From the IMG/VR virus record IMGVR_UViG_3300025674_000031: a stretch of 64,000 nucleotides of DNA, one strand, 5' to 3'. Origin of the DNA: a virus. The notes below the pieces were generated by a model. The model saw nothing but the letters and a program-made list of their open reading frames with translations, did not search any database and had not been told where the DNA came from. Positions 46,528 through 57,991 of the stretch are shown here, piece by piece (the stretch's first letter is position 1; the number at the start of each line of letters is the position of its first letter). The translations under genes and the position numbers were made by a program.

Positions 46528-48312
46528 ATGGTAGAAAAAAGACCGCCAATTAAATTAACCAATAGAGACTTTGAAACGATCAAGAAATCTCTTGTTGAGT
46601 ACGCCAAGGTATATTATCCTGACACATATAGAGACTTCAATGATGCATCATTCGGTGCCCTCATGATGGATCTTGTTGCATATGTCGGAGATATATTGTC
46701 TTTCTATGTTGACTATTCTTCGAATGAGTCATTTTTAGATTCAGCGATTGAAAGAAGAAACGTTATTAGATTAGCCAAGCAACTTGGATATAAGTACCCT
46801 GCTGCCCCTAGTTCAACAGGAACTGTCAATGTTTACATCACAGTCCCAGCCGGCACCAATGGATCGTTTGACACGACAAAAGTGCCAATTCTAAAAAAAG
46901 GTGCCACCTTGCAGTCAGACTCTGGAGCATCATTTATCCTTAACGAAGATGTTGATTTTCTTGAAACAAACGCAGAAGTTGTCGTAGCAACAGTTGATCC
47001 CGATGGAACTCCAACCTCTTATGCCATTAAGAAGTCTGCCCAAGTAGTATCGGGTGAATTGGAGACACAACTCGTTAATATTGATTCGTTAGAAAAGTTT
47101 CTAAAGCTAGAGCTAGAATCAGATAATGTGTCAGAGATACTGTCAGTAGTGGATTCGGAAGGGAATGACTTTCACGAAGTAGAATATTTGTCTCAAAATG
47201 TAATTTTTGAAGCAGTAAGGAATGTGAACTCGGATTCAGAACTAGCCCCATATATCCTCAGAGAACGTTTAGTACCAAGAAGGTTTATTGTGGAGTATGA
47301 TGAAGACTACAGGCCGACTTTAACATTTGGGTACGGGTCAGAAAGCACTTTAGCAAACAATGAGTATCCAGATCCATCATCAGTAGTGTTGCAACAAACT
47401 GGAAAGCAGTATTACACGGACAACTCTTTTGATCCAAACAAAGTATTAGAAACAGATAAGTTTGGAGTTATACCCCCAGTTGGTACAATGTCGGTGACCC
47501 TAAGGAAAAACTCAGAATTAAACGTAAATGTTCCAGCACTTTCCCTTAATTCAATAGCGAATGCTGAACTCTATTTCAGAACAGACGTTTCAGACTCAGT
47601 AAGATCTGCCGCCTTGTCGTCGATTCAAGTTGAAAACGAGAATCCTATTAATGGTCAGGTCAGAAAACCTACAATTGAAGATGTGCGCCGTGCTTCAATT
47701 GATAATTTTGCAACTCAAAATAGAGCTGTTACCAAACAAGATTATTTAAGCTTGATTTATCGTATGCCATCAAAGTTTGGAGCCGTGAAACGAGCGAACA
47801 TTGTACAAGACACAGATTCCTTTAAAAGGAACCTAAACCTCTACTTGGTGGCCGAAAATGAGCAGGGCCATTTAACGACTGCGACAAACACCTTAAAGAA
47901 TAATGTTAAGAGATGGTTGAATAATTATAAAATGTTGAACGATTCAATAGACATCCTTGACGGAAAAGTGGCAAATATCGGCATCGAGTTCAAAGTAATC
48001 ATTAAGCTGGACGCTAACCCGAACCAAGTACTAGTGGAATGTATTGACAGACTACAACAGAAATTTGCTACGAAGTTTGATATGGGCACCCCGCTTTATA
48101 TTTCCGAAATATATAAGCTTTTGAATTCAATTCCAGAGGTAGTAGACACAAGAGACGTAAAAATAGTTAATAAGAACGGATCTGGCTATTCTGGAAGCGT
48201 GTACGATGCAGAAAATAATGTTTCGTCTGACGGAAGATACATTTCTGTACCGGAAGATACAGTGCTTGAAATCAGATACCTTGACAAAGATATAATCGGA
48301 GTAGTAGTGTAA
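46528..48312 (+). CDS. Baseplate wedge subunit, T4 gp6/baseplate J-like
   Basis: RDFETIK, DFNDASFG, LSFYVD..NESFLDSA, AKQLGY, NRAVTKQDY. Confidence 0.9.
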   Translation: MVEKRPPIKLTNRDFETIKKSLVEYAKVYYPDTYRDFNDASFGALMMDLVAYVGDILSFYVDYSSNESFLDSAIERRNVIRLAKQLGYKYPAAPSSTGTVNVYITVPAGTNGSFDTTKVPILKKGATLQSDSGASFILNEDVDFLETNAEVVVATVDPDGTPTSYAIKKSAQVVSGELETQLVNIDSLEKFLKLELESDNVSEILSVVDSEGNDFHEVEYLSQNVIFEAVRNVNSDSELAPYILRERLVPRRFIVEYDEDYRPTLTFGYGSESTLANNEYPDPSSVVLQQTGKQYYTDNSFDPNKVLETDKFGVIPPVGTMSVTLRKNSELNVNVPALSLNSIANAELYFRTDVSDSVRSAALSSIQVENENPINGQVRKPTIEDVRRASIDNFATQNRAVTKQDYLSLIYRMPSKFGAVKRANIVQDTDSFKRNLNLYLVAENEQGHLTTATNTLKNNVKRWLNNYKMLNDSIDILDGKVANIGIEFKVIIKLDANPNQVLVECIDRLQQKFATKFDMGTPLYISEIYKLLNSIPEVVDTRDVKIVNKNGSGYSGSVYDAENNVSSDGRYISVPEDTVLEIRYLDKDIIGVVV

Positions 48313-49757
48313 TGGCAATAAAAAGGTTTACCGCAAACGCCGACAATACGATAACTAATGCATTTAAATCTGATTTAGTCACTAGAGCTACCGGCTCAAA
48401 TATGGGCAAGTCGGATATTTTAGAGGTTTTTAGTATTTATGCTCAATCCACAAGTACTTCGCAAGAAGCTGCAAGGATTTTAATTAATTTCGACATTGCA
48501 GGAATAGCAAGCGCTAGGTCATCAGGAGAAATCCCTGCTCCCGGTTCCGTTAATTTTTACCTAAGAATGTTCAACGCCGAACATTCATCTACTCTGCCAG
48601 AAAACTTTAATTTGGTTGTTGCGCCGGTATCATCTTCATGGTCCGAGGGAACTGGGCTTGATATGGACGAGTATCAGGATGAGGCCGTATCAAACTGGAT
48701 TAATCGTCAGTCTAGTACAGCTTGGACTGTTCAAGGCGGCGATTTTTTAACAGGGTCATCAGATTTTACAGTAGAACAGACCTTTACAAATGGTTATGAA
48801 GATTTACTAGTAGATGTTACACAGCAAGTTGAAGAATGGGTAAATGATAATACAGGCAGCTACGGCTTTGGCGTATTTCTAACTTCTAGTTTGGAAAGCG
48901 ACACCAACTCTTATTACACTAAGAAGTTTCATGCACGCCGATCAGAATATTTTTTGAAAAGGCCCGTTCTTGAAGCCCGTTGGGACTCTTCGAGGCAAGA
49001 CGACTCTTCTAAATTTTATCTAAGAACTGGTAAATTAACAAATGCGCAGGCAAAGAACACTTTATACTTTTACAATGTCATTGATGGCGAGCTGGCCAAT
49101 ATTAGTGGAGATCCATCGACGATATATTTAAGTCTGTATAGCGCATCTGGTCCAGCCGGAAACCGCTTAGCTCTTCCAATAGGGTTTGGAGTTTCTGTTG
49201 CTGGCGACACTGAGATTACAGGGAGTAAGATATCGACAGGAATTTATTCAGCTTCGTTGATGTTTGATAGTTCGTCAATAAGTACGGTATATCCGCTATG
49301 GCACAACAATTCATCCATAGAATACCACACAGGCTCGGCTGTAACGGTTCGTTCACGACCCGGTGGCAACATCTATGATGTTCCAGAATATGTTGCCAAG
49401 ATAACCAATTTAAAGTCAGTCTATCGAAACACAGAAGAGGCAACCTTTAGAGTCTACACAAGAAAGAAGAATTGGCAGCCCACAATCTATACAGTGGCAC
49501 AAAACTGCGCTCCTTTAGATATAATCCCAAAGTTTTACTGGAGCATAACTCGGATAGAAGATGGAGAAGAAGTTATTCCATACGGAACAGGCTCTGTAGA
49601 GTTTACAAAGCTGTCTTATGATGCTTCTGGTAGCTATTTTGACTTGGATATGAGTATGCTAGAGCCAGATTATGCCTATGAAATTAGTTTCATTTATAGG
49701 CAAGCATCTACATATCATGCGGTGAAAGATCGTTTTAAGTTCCGTGTGGAAGAATAA
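48312..49757 (+). CDS. Putative baseplate/tail structural protein
   Basis: Coupled to the gp6-like gene; beta-rich composition. Confidence 0.6.
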   Translation: MAIKRFTANADNTITNAFKSDLVTRATGSNMGKSDILEVFSIYAQSTSTSQEAARILINFDIAGIASARSSGEIPAPGSVNFYLRMFNAEHSSTLPENFNLVVAPVSSSWSEGTGLDMDEYQDEAVSNWINRQSSTAWTVQGGDFLTGSSDFTVEQTFTNGYEDLLVDVTQQVEEWVNDNTGSYGFGVFLTSSLESDTNSYYTKKFHARRSEYFLKRPVLEARWDSSRQDDSSKFYLRTGKLTNAQAKNTLYFYNVIDGELANISGDPSTIYLSLYSASGPAGNRLALPIGFGVSVAGDTEITGSKISTGIYSASLMFDSSSISTVYPLWHNNSSIEYHTGSAVTVRSRPGGNIYDVPEYVAKITNLKSVYRNTEEATFRVYTRKKNWQPTIYTVAQNCAPLDIIPKFYWSITRIEDGEEVIPYGTGSVEFTKLSYDASGSYFDLDMSMLEPDYAYEISFIYRQASTYHAVKDRFKFRVEE

Positions 49758-49765
49758 TTATATAG

Positions 49766-52700
49766 ATGGGCTCTAAAAACTTTTTCAAAAATCAAGAGAA
49801 GACAGGGAATGCCAAGAAAATTGGAGAAGTAATTGGTAATGCAATTACTGCTTCTGGTCTTGCCGAGTCTGCATTTCATGTAGCACAAAAAAGAGAACTT
49901 GACCGAAGATTCATTCCCGATGTTGACTATTCAAAGCCGAAGAATTTTGCTAAATATGGATTGGCCGAGTCTTATTACGAAGACGCAATAAAAAGGATCT
50001 ACTCTCAATATCCGTATGATGGCTCTGAAGCAGAAAAAATTGAATTTGAGAACAATCTAACAGAACTAGAAAGATACCTACTTAAAAACAAGTATCCGAA
50101 GGCGACCGGGTATGTCACGTTTGGAGATACATGGGGTGGCACCAGCACAATTTCTGACGGGGTACTAGGGTCATCAAGTTCTCCAGAGTATATTTTCGCA
50201 GGCAATTATGCAGTTGGGGCCCAATACGATACAGCGTCGAACAAGGTTGGTAGTCTAGATTTAGATTTTGAACTGGGAGCGACTGTAGAATTTTGGCTAA
50301 AAAAGAACAGCTTTACGAACCCAGCAACAGAAACAAAATACGAGACTATATGCTATATTACCGATGACCATGATAACTCTGGTGATGAAACAAAGTACTT
50401 CTTTATACACACTAATGCGAGCAGCCCCGATAAGATTTATGCTTCTTACAAGAAGATAGACAATACAGTCTCTACAACAACGCCGGAATTTAACTTTGAC
50501 ATCGACACGAGCCTTGCAACCCTAGCAGATTCAAATTGGCATCATTACACTTTAGCAATACAATCAGCGTCTGGAGGATATGCTTGCGAGTTTTATTTAG
50601 ACGGACGGTATGTTTCTAGAACAACTGACTCGAAGGTATCACCAGATTATAAAATAACCGGCTCCAACACAATGACGATTGGGTCATTTGGAGGTTATTA
50701 CACACATAACCTTGATTTGTTTGGTTATGGAAAATTATCAGGCTCTTTAGACGAATTCAGGATATGGCAAGAGAAAAGAACTGCCGAGGAAATTGGACTA
50801 AACTATTTTAAGGGAGTTCACGGCGGTGTTCGAACAGATACGAATAAATACAATTCAACTACTCCGGTCAATTTAGGAATTTACTATAAGTTCAATGAAG
50901 GCTTGACTAATGATGATGCGACAGATAGTGTGGTTCTAGATTATTCTGGCCATATATCAAACGGGTTGTTTGTAGGTTATGACTCGACAAGCCGATCAAC
51001 AGGGTCCGCTATGACTACTGCCCTCTATGATTCCTTGGGAATCTCAGAAGAGGGGGATTATATCGTAAGGGAAACAAACACCCTTATCAGCAACTTGCAA
51101 ACCGAAATGCGAGTATCTGGCTCAAGCTGGGATTACGAAAACGGTGGCTCTCTATACAGTATGATGCCTTCATGGATAAGAGAAGAAGATTCCGCTACCG
51201 ATTTTGAATTGAAAAAGCTGACCCAAGTGATGGGTACTTATTTTGACACGCTTCATAATCAAATCGGGGCGATTTCTAGCTTGCAGGATACCAAATATCT
51301 ACAAACAGCTAGTCACGAATCAGCAACAGGGTTGCCGGAAAAATTATTAGAGTCGCATGGCTTTAAGACATCTGGGTACTTTATTGAATCTGACGTTCTC
51401 GGCTCTATCCTTAAGCAGGATGATAAGAGAAATTTTTCTAAAGATATCAGTGGATTGAAAAATTTAGTATATCGAAATGTCTATAATAACCTTTCTTATA
51501 TCTATAAGTCTAAAGGCACTGAAAAGTCTTTTCGAAATTTATTTCGCTGCTTTGGCGTCGATCAGGACTTGATTAAGTTAAAGCTGTACGGTGATAACTC
51601 AGAAGTTCACATTAGAGACGACAAATATAGCACACTTGTCAATAAAAAAGCTTTAGATTTTAGTGGAATTTCTAATGAAGAGTCCAGAGCATCAAACATT
51701 TTCAACTATGAGAATTCCTCGGGGGATACAGGTTATATTCCTTCACAATCGAGTGCAGATACATCAATCACAATCGAAGCAGAGTTAGTATTTCCAAAGT
51801 TTGCCAGCAACACTAAAAACTATTCTGCGCTTGCTCGCCTAACAACATCTTCGTTGTTCGGCTTACATAGTGCTGCTACTGACGGAACCGATACAACTTT
51901 CCAAAGTCCTGATTACGATTTTCAGGTATACGCCATTAAAGACAACAAAGATAGGGTAAAGTTTTTGCTAACTTCCAGCAATGGAGTATTTCCTGAACTT
52001 AGTTCGTCGTTTTATCCTACCAGCACCTCAGACTTTGAGAACGTCTATAACAACTCTCATTGGGTTTTTGCGGTAAGGCTATCACCGAATGGGTATCCAT
52101 ATTATGGGACCATAGAAGATAACGAAGGTTACAATTTAGAGTTTTACGGCGTGAACTACTCGCTTTCAGAGAAGGTAAGAAGCTTTTCAGTGTCTGGGAG
52201 CGTTTCATATGCAACTGGCAGCGCTTTTCTGACTGGCTCAAATAAGAGATTATATCTTGGAGCACATAGAACTAATTTTACCGGTTCTTTACAAACGAAG
52301 TCAGATGTCAAAGCTCTTGGCCTAAGATACTGGGAAAGTTATTTGTCAGAGTCCGAGATTGACTCTCATTGCCTTGATTCTAGTAATTTTGGACTAGAAA
52401 TGCCTTCACGCAATGCCTATCTTTTCGAAGATACGGCAGGAAACTATAACAGCAGAATCGATAGCTTGGCACTAAGCTGGGATTTTTCTCTAGTAACTTC
52501 GTCGAGCGTCTCAGGCACAATTGAGATATTAAATTCTTTTGGCTATGATGGGATCAATTCTTATCATGCTAAAGGCCAAAACTTTCCCAATAGTACCCAA
52601 GCATACAGTTATGAATACCTAAACGCTTCTAAGACTCAGATACCCGAGAATCTTTATTCGTCAGACTTGGTAGACATAAGAAACTATGATGATGTCTTGT

Positions 52701-53458
52701 TTGGGCCTCAGACAAGAGGGATAAGGCACTTCTTTTCAATTGAAACCAGCATGTATGATATTATATCTGATAATATTATGCAGTTTTTCTCATCTGTTAT
52801 TGAGTACAATACATTAGTTGGTAACCCGGTCGAGTCCTTTAGAACAAGGTATAAAGGGCTAGAGAAGCTAAGGGGGATTTTCTTCAAAAGAATTCAAAAT
52901 AGCCCTGATTTAGACAAATTTGTTCAAGTTTATAAGTTTTTGGATTCTGCAATAGACTCTGTCCTTTACAATATGATTCCAGCTTCAGTAGCTTCCTCGG
53001 AACAAGTAAGAACAATTGTCGAGAGTCATATATTGGAAAGAAACAAACACCCAAGAAGGCTCAACATCATCAAGGATTCTACACCTGACACTGCCCAGAT
53101 AGGGGAGAAACCCCAAGGAGGTACCGACGACGGCGACGGTTCTGATTCGGTCGGGGACTCTACGACTACCAAAAAAGTAATTGTTTCGAAAGGGTCACCA
53201 GTCCCTGCCCCCTCTATCAGTTCATTTAGTCAGCCCGACTTATCTTTCGAAGAAGAGTCATATGTCAAAGAAGAGGGGAACTATGACCCTTTTAATCCTA
53301 AACTAAATGACGCCCCGACCGACGACCCACCACCAGAATATACCCCTAAGGTCGATAAATTGCCTGCAAATAGCCCCAGAGTTGATACGGATATTTCTGG
53401 GACAGTCCCAAGCCTCCCTGGGTCCGACCCCGGACCCGGCCCAGTTCCAAGATTTTGA
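49766..53458 (+). CDS. Large virion protein with LamG/concanavalin-like domain(s) and a Pro-rich tail
   Basis: TVEFWLKK, WHHY, SGSLDEFRIW, IYYKFNE. Confidence 0.7.
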   Translation: MGSKNFFKNQEKTGNAKKIGEVIGNAITASGLAESAFHVAQKRELDRRFIPDVDYSKPKNFAKYGLAESYYEDAIKRIYSQYPYDGSEAEKIEFENNLTELERYLLKNKYPKATGYVTFGDTWGGTSTISDGVLGSSSSPEYIFAGNYAVGAQYDTASNKVGSLDLDFELGATVEFWLKKNSFTNPATETKYETICYITDDHDNSGDETKYFFIHTNASSPDKIYASYKKIDNTVSTTTPEFNFDIDTSLATLADSNWHHYTLAIQSASGGYACEFYLDGRYVSRTTDSKVSPDYKITGSNTMTIGSFGGYYTHNLDLFGYGKLSGSLDEFRIWQEKRTAEEIGLNYFKGVHGGVRTDTNKYNSTTPVNLGIYYKFNEGLTNDDATDSVVLDYSGHISNGLFVGYDSTSRSTGSAMTTALYDSLGISEEGDYIVRETNTLISNLQTEMRVSGSSWDYENGGSLYSMMPSWIREEDSATDFELKKLTQVMGTYFDTLHNQIGAISSLQDTKYLQTASHESATGLPEKLLESHGFKTSGYFIESDVLGSILKQDDKRNFSKDISGLKNLVYRNVYNNLSYIYKSKGTEKSFRNLFRCFGVDQDLIKLKLYGDNSEVHIRDDKYSTLVNKKALDFSGISNEESRASNIFNYENSSGDTGYIPSQSSADTSITIEAELVFPKFASNTKNYSALARLTTSSLFGLHSAATDGTDTTFQSPDYDFQVYAIKDNKDRVKFLLTSSNGVFPELSSSFYPTSTSDFENVYNNSHWVFAVRLSPNGYPYYGTIEDNEGYNLEFYGVNYSLSEKVRSFSVSGSVSYATGSAFLTGSNKRLYLGAHRTNFTGSLQTKSDVKALGLRYWESYLSESEIDSHCLDSSNFGLEMPSRNAYLFEDTAGNYNSRIDSLALSWDFSLVTSSSVSGTIEILNSFGYDGINSYHAKGQNFPNSTQAYSYEYLNASKTQIPENLYSSDLVDIRNYDDVLFGPQTRGIRHFFSIETSMYDIISDNIMQFFSSVIEYNTLVGNPVESFRTRYKGLEKLRGIFFKRIQNSPDLDKFVQVYKFLDSAIDSVLYNMIPASVASSEQVRTIVESHILERNKHPRRLNIIKDSTPDTAQIGEKPQGGTDDGDGSDSVGDSTTTKKVIVSKGSPVPAPSISSFSQPDLSFEEESYVKEEGNYDPFNPKLNDAPTDDPPPEYTPKVDKLPANSPRVDTDISGTVPSLPGSDPGPGPVPRF

Positions 53459-53491
53459 AGCACCCTATTTAATATATAAAGAGGCCGGCCT

Positions 53492-56400
53492 ATGCCAAAA
53501 AAAATAGAATCTAAAATAAAAAATATAACAGTCATTGACACTTTAGAGAATTACGGCGAGTCAAGACTGCTTGATTCAAAATATGGAAGAGACTACAGGA
53601 CATATTCTTTCCAAAAGGCATCTGATGGCGCAGTCTGGGTTGATAAAAAGCAAAAAAAGACAGATCCGTCGTTAACCTCAGGCGACTCGTCGGTTGATGA
53701 AAATAGAGAACAATTAAAATACAATGGTCTTGTTCAGTATGGATATTCCAAGGGCAAGCCAGTTAGATTGGCATTCCCAGAGAATACCAACGCTGACATT
53801 CTAGCCATTGGACAGAATACATTAGAGCGCCGCTCCGCATATGAATTCTTTAAAAGCACTCTAAAAGAACATCCAGAGACTGGCTCTACGTTTTCTTCTT
53901 ACTTAGATGGCCTCGTAGTAACTCACGAAGACACATTGTTTTCGGTTTATGATGGCAGAAATCAAACTAGTGGCCTTTCCGTGAACTGCCTTCCATTTGA
54001 GCCAATTTCCCAAAGCTCAGGCCTATCAGTGAAAAATACTAAAGTAGGACACAATTGGTATGGCGGCACCTACGAACTACCGTTAATGAGCCCATTCACC
54101 TCTAAATTCGGTGGTGAATCAGCACAAGATGAAAAACTAACCTTGCTGATTACAGAGTCAGCAAACCGCCCAGAAGCATATTCTCTTATAATTGATGACG
54201 CCAATCAACAGATCTTCTTGATGCATCCAAGACATATTAACACTGCTAGCTATGACGATGCTAGACCAGTAGGGTTTTACAGGGACGGCCATAAAAAGAC
54301 TGTTCATGTCGGGAACCTTTTAAACCAAAACTTTAAAAAGAATTATGAGCTGGTTTCGTTTGCCCACACCAGATTTCATAAAAGGGCTGCCGTGTCCTCG
54401 ACTTCTTCCCTGCCCTTTGGCTTATTTGAAGGCGACGAGAGTTACAGAAACTTTGATCAGACTTTGCCAGATATGACCTCGGGCTCGTCGCAGTCCTCGC
54501 TGATTAGTCGCTTCTCGGCACCCGGCGGGGAAGAAGTAGAATCGTTTAGATACCTAGACAAGGCTCTAACAGAATATAGCATCTATAATTCTTTAAACTA
54601 TAGAAATACTTATGTTCGCAATGCTTTAAATGTTAGTGAGTCAAGGCCATCAGATTTTAATTATTACGACAGTGTCCTTGAAAGCCCAAACTTGAACTTT
54701 CACAAGGTTCATGCTAACAGAAGAAGGGTTCCAAACCCAGCGGATACTTCATCATATGTCTTCAAATATGATAATAAGTTTGTTAATCATCCAATACCCT
54801 TTAATGATATTGGATATTCTTGGATTAGGTCAGGATGGATAGCATATCTACCTACAGGATCAAATGTCTTATCAGGCTCAGACGGCGCTACTGTTTTAGC
54901 TACTGATAATCTCTTATTGGCCCATCCAAGATATACTGAAGAATACTACAGAAGTGTTACTGCATCCTCCGAAGGAATCAATACAGTGGGCACCGTCGAT
55001 GTGTTGGACGAAGAATCAACACTGGTTAATATAACTCGTCAAGCCGACGGCTCTGTTCTAATAAAGCAGGACACTTTGGACGATTCTCGATTTGACTTGA
55101 ATACAAATCTTTTAAATCGAGAAGGGGCACATGAAGCTCCAATGTGGAGGATCATAGATATCCACGAAAAACCACATAAAAGACTAAACAAAAAATATCA
55201 GCTATTTGATGTCCAGAACAATGAAGTGTTTAGTTCTAATGAATTAGCAGTTGGAATGAACCAGAAACCCTCTTCGGTGTTTATAGACTCTGGAAGCAGG
55301 TATTTTGAAATTTCTCATGGAAACGAGACTAGTGGATTTGCTGCTAATGTATATTACTCGTCCTCGTCAGGCCTTACTGGTCTGGAAAATTCAAATAAGA
55401 AATTTGGCTATCAAGTATCGATGGACAAAAAAGACCTACTTCAGCTTGAAAAATACGGAGTTGAGCCATCGGCTATAAAGTATCATATACCAGTTTTTCC
55501 AAAAAATGACAATGTTGGTAGAAAAGTAATACGATCAAGAGAATATGATGGCTCTGATTACTATGGGTTTCTTTGGAAAGATTCCCAATCTCAGAGAAAC
55601 ACCCCGGCTTATATATTTACTGGATCTTTTGATAACTTAAGTCCATCGCCCCGGTATGCCAATTCTATTTGGCCAACCGATTATTATGCTTTGGATGGTG
55701 TTAGCGGCTCTTTGATGCAAACTCCTGTTAACAGAACTGGTACTGGACCTTTATCGCCGGCTTATGTATTCAACACTGAAACCGGCATTCTTCCCGATAA
55801 TAGAGTCCAGACAGAATCAGGTCGAGGCCCGTTTTCCGACTCTTATGCTGCTTGGTCTCAGAATCTAAGAATCTACAATAAAGGATACTCTATTGTACCC
55901 GAATTCAAGATTTCAAGCTATGTAGACTATGCAATCGAGAACAGGAAAAGCTTTTTCGAAAAAGACTTGCATGACCTATACAAGTTGGAACTTAAAAACG
56001 AAAATATTGATGCGACTTCAAGCCTCAACCCTCAAACCAAGTTTTTAGAATTATTCGCACATTCAGAGGATTTTGGAGATTATGATGAGGTTGTGGAGAA
56101 ATTTGGAGATCCAGACTACATCGAACTAGAACTAGATTCTTTGATTAAGTTCTTGCCAGAAGACGACCTTTATGTTCAAAACTATTCTAGGAAATTAGCG
56201 ACAAAGTTTTTAGAAAAATATGTTGATGGCGACATCAGTATCCTACAGGGTACTGCCGGTACAAATTTGAAGGCACAGGTGCTTCTGGACAATTATTTTG
56301 CACCGGGAATCTTCTTTAACACTGTCAAGGCAGGAGTTGCTGTTTCGTATCCTGCTATAGTAGACGCCGGCACGGTTAAGACATCGGGGTCTTTTCCATT

Positions 56401-57982
56401 TGAAAGCATTATTGAGCCGTCGCACTTCATAGGCTCAATTAGCGGTTCGATCAATGAGATAGATGGTAAAGCAAAAATATATGATACATTCGGGAATGAT
56501 GCGACCGCTTCGCTGGTCCCAAGCCCAACAGATAGGTCTTTTGATTACATGTCCAGCCAGTATCACGCAGGCGTTGTTGGCTTCTTTATCGATAAGATTT
56601 CCTCAGTCATATCAAAAGATGAGGTATTCGATTTTTCGTCTCAAGGAGAGCTATCGTCATCGTCTGGCATTAAAAAGTTTATGATGGATGTTGTGCTAGA
56701 AAAAAATGGAGTCATAAACACAAGCAATATTGCATATTATGGTCAAAGTCCTTATTACAATTATGCGCCACCTTATTTCTCGATAGGAAATCTTGCTTCG
56801 GGAGCGTACTACGATACGATAAACCCTTTTGATAATCCAGTAAGCGCTTATAATCTTGGAAAGGGAATTGCAAGGGTGACGTTTGACCCTTCATATATTG
56901 CATCCAGCAATCCAGAGAAATTTGCTTCAGCTAGATTCACAGCCGAAGATATTCTTTCTAATATTAGTGTTGAATACATAAACTATAATCTAGCAGATAA
57001 TAGTATTAACCCTGATCAAGATTTTACGAAATTCATGCCCCTTAAGGATTCTATCAACATACTGAATAAGACTAGAACAGGTCGCTTGGCGGTCGCTACT
57101 AAGTTCGAATGCCCTGTGCTTGATTTCACGTCAGTGACTCCTTATAGGTCCGGGTCGGTAGATACAAACGCAGAACAGCAATTATGGAGCCAGTATGGCT
57201 CTTTACCTGCGGGAGATAAAGGTCTTTGGTTGAAAATTGAAGAAACAAGGGATGTGTATGGAGCCACAAGAGCGACCATCGATACTGATACAACAGGGTC
57301 GCTAGCAAAAGCTCTTAATTTTAATATACTAAAAGATGATGTAGGAAAGTTGCCAGAAAATAAAAATCTAGAAGAGGCCATCGTCGCAGTGCCCTTTTAC
57401 ATTAATGAGTGCGGAGAAGAAGAGTATTACTATCATGACGAATCCACCGCCGCAAGGGAAGCCGCTCTCTTTAGCGACGGTAAATTGGGGCCCGACAACG
57501 CCGACTCCTTTATCAGAAGGCAAGTCAAGCTTATGGGCAAGTACAATATGATCCCCTCATATGATTGGGTAAGCTGCTATAAAAACAAGAGAGACTTCAA
57601 GGATACTCTTGGCCCAGTGGTTTTTTATATTTTCGAAAACTCCATGAAAGTGTCAGCATCTGATCTATCGGATATTTGGCAAGGTGTTGCCCCTAGCAAA
57701 ACTAACGAAGATCCTTTGTTTTACAAGTCACGAATTAAACATAGGATATCAGACGTTTTTAGTTCTGGCCTCAAAAAGGGGACTAGATGGAAACTATTTA
57801 AAATCAAGAAAAAGGCTCCAAGCAACTATTTCAAAGAGTATGAGCGCCAAACACAATTGGTATTAAAAGACAAAGGGTCTTTACCAGATTTAGAGTACAA
57901 CTACAACTACCCATACGACCATTTTTCAATCACAGAAGGGGTAAAGCTGGGAGTCAGCTTCGACTTCGAGACGGGCAACTAA
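53492..57982 (+). CDS. Large hypothetical structural protein (1496 aa)
   Basis: Long ORF with CTATTTAAT motif at 53465 and a GAGG RBS. Confidence 0.7.
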   Translation: MPKKIESKIKNITVIDTLENYGESRLLDSKYGRDYRTYSFQKASDGAVWVDKKQKKTDPSLTSGDSSVDENREQLKYNGLVQYGYSKGKPVRLAFPENTNADILAIGQNTLERRSAYEFFKSTLKEHPETGSTFSSYLDGLVVTHEDTLFSVYDGRNQTSGLSVNCLPFEPISQSSGLSVKNTKVGHNWYGGTYELPLMSPFTSKFGGESAQDEKLTLLITESANRPEAYSLIIDDANQQIFLMHPRHINTASYDDARPVGFYRDGHKKTVHVGNLLNQNFKKNYELVSFAHTRFHKRAAVSSTSSLPFGLFEGDESYRNFDQTLPDMTSGSSQSSLISRFSAPGGEEVESFRYLDKALTEYSIYNSLNYRNTYVRNALNVSESRPSDFNYYDSVLESPNLNFHKVHANRRRVPNPADTSSYVFKYDNKFVNHPIPFNDIGYSWIRSGWIAYLPTGSNVLSGSDGATVLATDNLLLAHPRYTEEYYRSVTASSEGINTVGTVDVLDEESTLVNITRQADGSVLIKQDTLDDSRFDLNTNLLNREGAHEAPMWRIIDIHEKPHKRLNKKYQLFDVQNNEVFSSNELAVGMNQKPSSVFIDSGSRYFEISHGNETSGFAANVYYSSSSGLTGLENSNKKFGYQVSMDKKDLLQLEKYGVEPSAIKYHIPVFPKNDNVGRKVIRSREYDGSDYYGFLWKDSQSQRNTPAYIFTGSFDNLSPSPRYANSIWPTDYYALDGVSGSLMQTPVNRTGTGPLSPAYVFNTETGILPDNRVQTESGRGPFSDSYAAWSQNLRIYNKGYSIVPEFKISSYVDYAIENRKSFFEKDLHDLYKLELKNENIDATSSLNPQTKFLELFAHSEDFGDYDEVVEKFGDPDYIELELDSLIKFLPEDDLYVQNYSRKLATKFLEKYVDGDISILQGTAGTNLKAQVLLDNYFAPGIFFNTVKAGVAVSYPAIVDAGTVKTSGSFPFESIIEPSHFIGSISGSINEIDGKAKIYDTFGNDATASLVPSPTDRSFDYMSSQYHAGVVGFFIDKISSVISKDEVFDFSSQGELSSSSGIKKFMMDVVLEKNGVINTSNIAYYGQSPYYNYAPPYFSIGNLASGAYYDTINPFDNPVSAYNLGKGIARVTFDPSYIASSNPEKFASARFTAEDILSNISVEYINYNLADNSINPDQDFTKFMPLKDSINILNKTRTGRLAVATKFECPVLDFTSVTPYRSGSVDTNAEQQLWSQYGSLPAGDKGLWLKIEETRDVYGATRATIDTDTTGSLAKALNFNILKDDVGKLPENKNLEEAIVAVPFYINECGEEEYYYHDESTAAREAALFSDGKLGPDNADSFIRRQVKLMGKYNMIPSYDWVSCYKNKRDFKDTLGPVVFYIFENSMKVSASDLSDIWQGVAPSKTNEDPLFYKSRIKHRISDVFSSGLKKGTRWKLFKIKKKAPSNYFKEYERQTQLVLKDKGSLPDLEYNYNYPYDHFSITEGVKLGVSFDFETGN

Positions 57983-57991
57983 TTATTCTGT

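Noticed and set aside
46132-48312. T6SS or eCIS locus of a bacterial chromosome
   Set aside because: The gp6-like gene is T4-type and long, a gp55-like sigma and phage-type accessory genes are present, and there are no membrane-complex or bacterial housekeeping operons.
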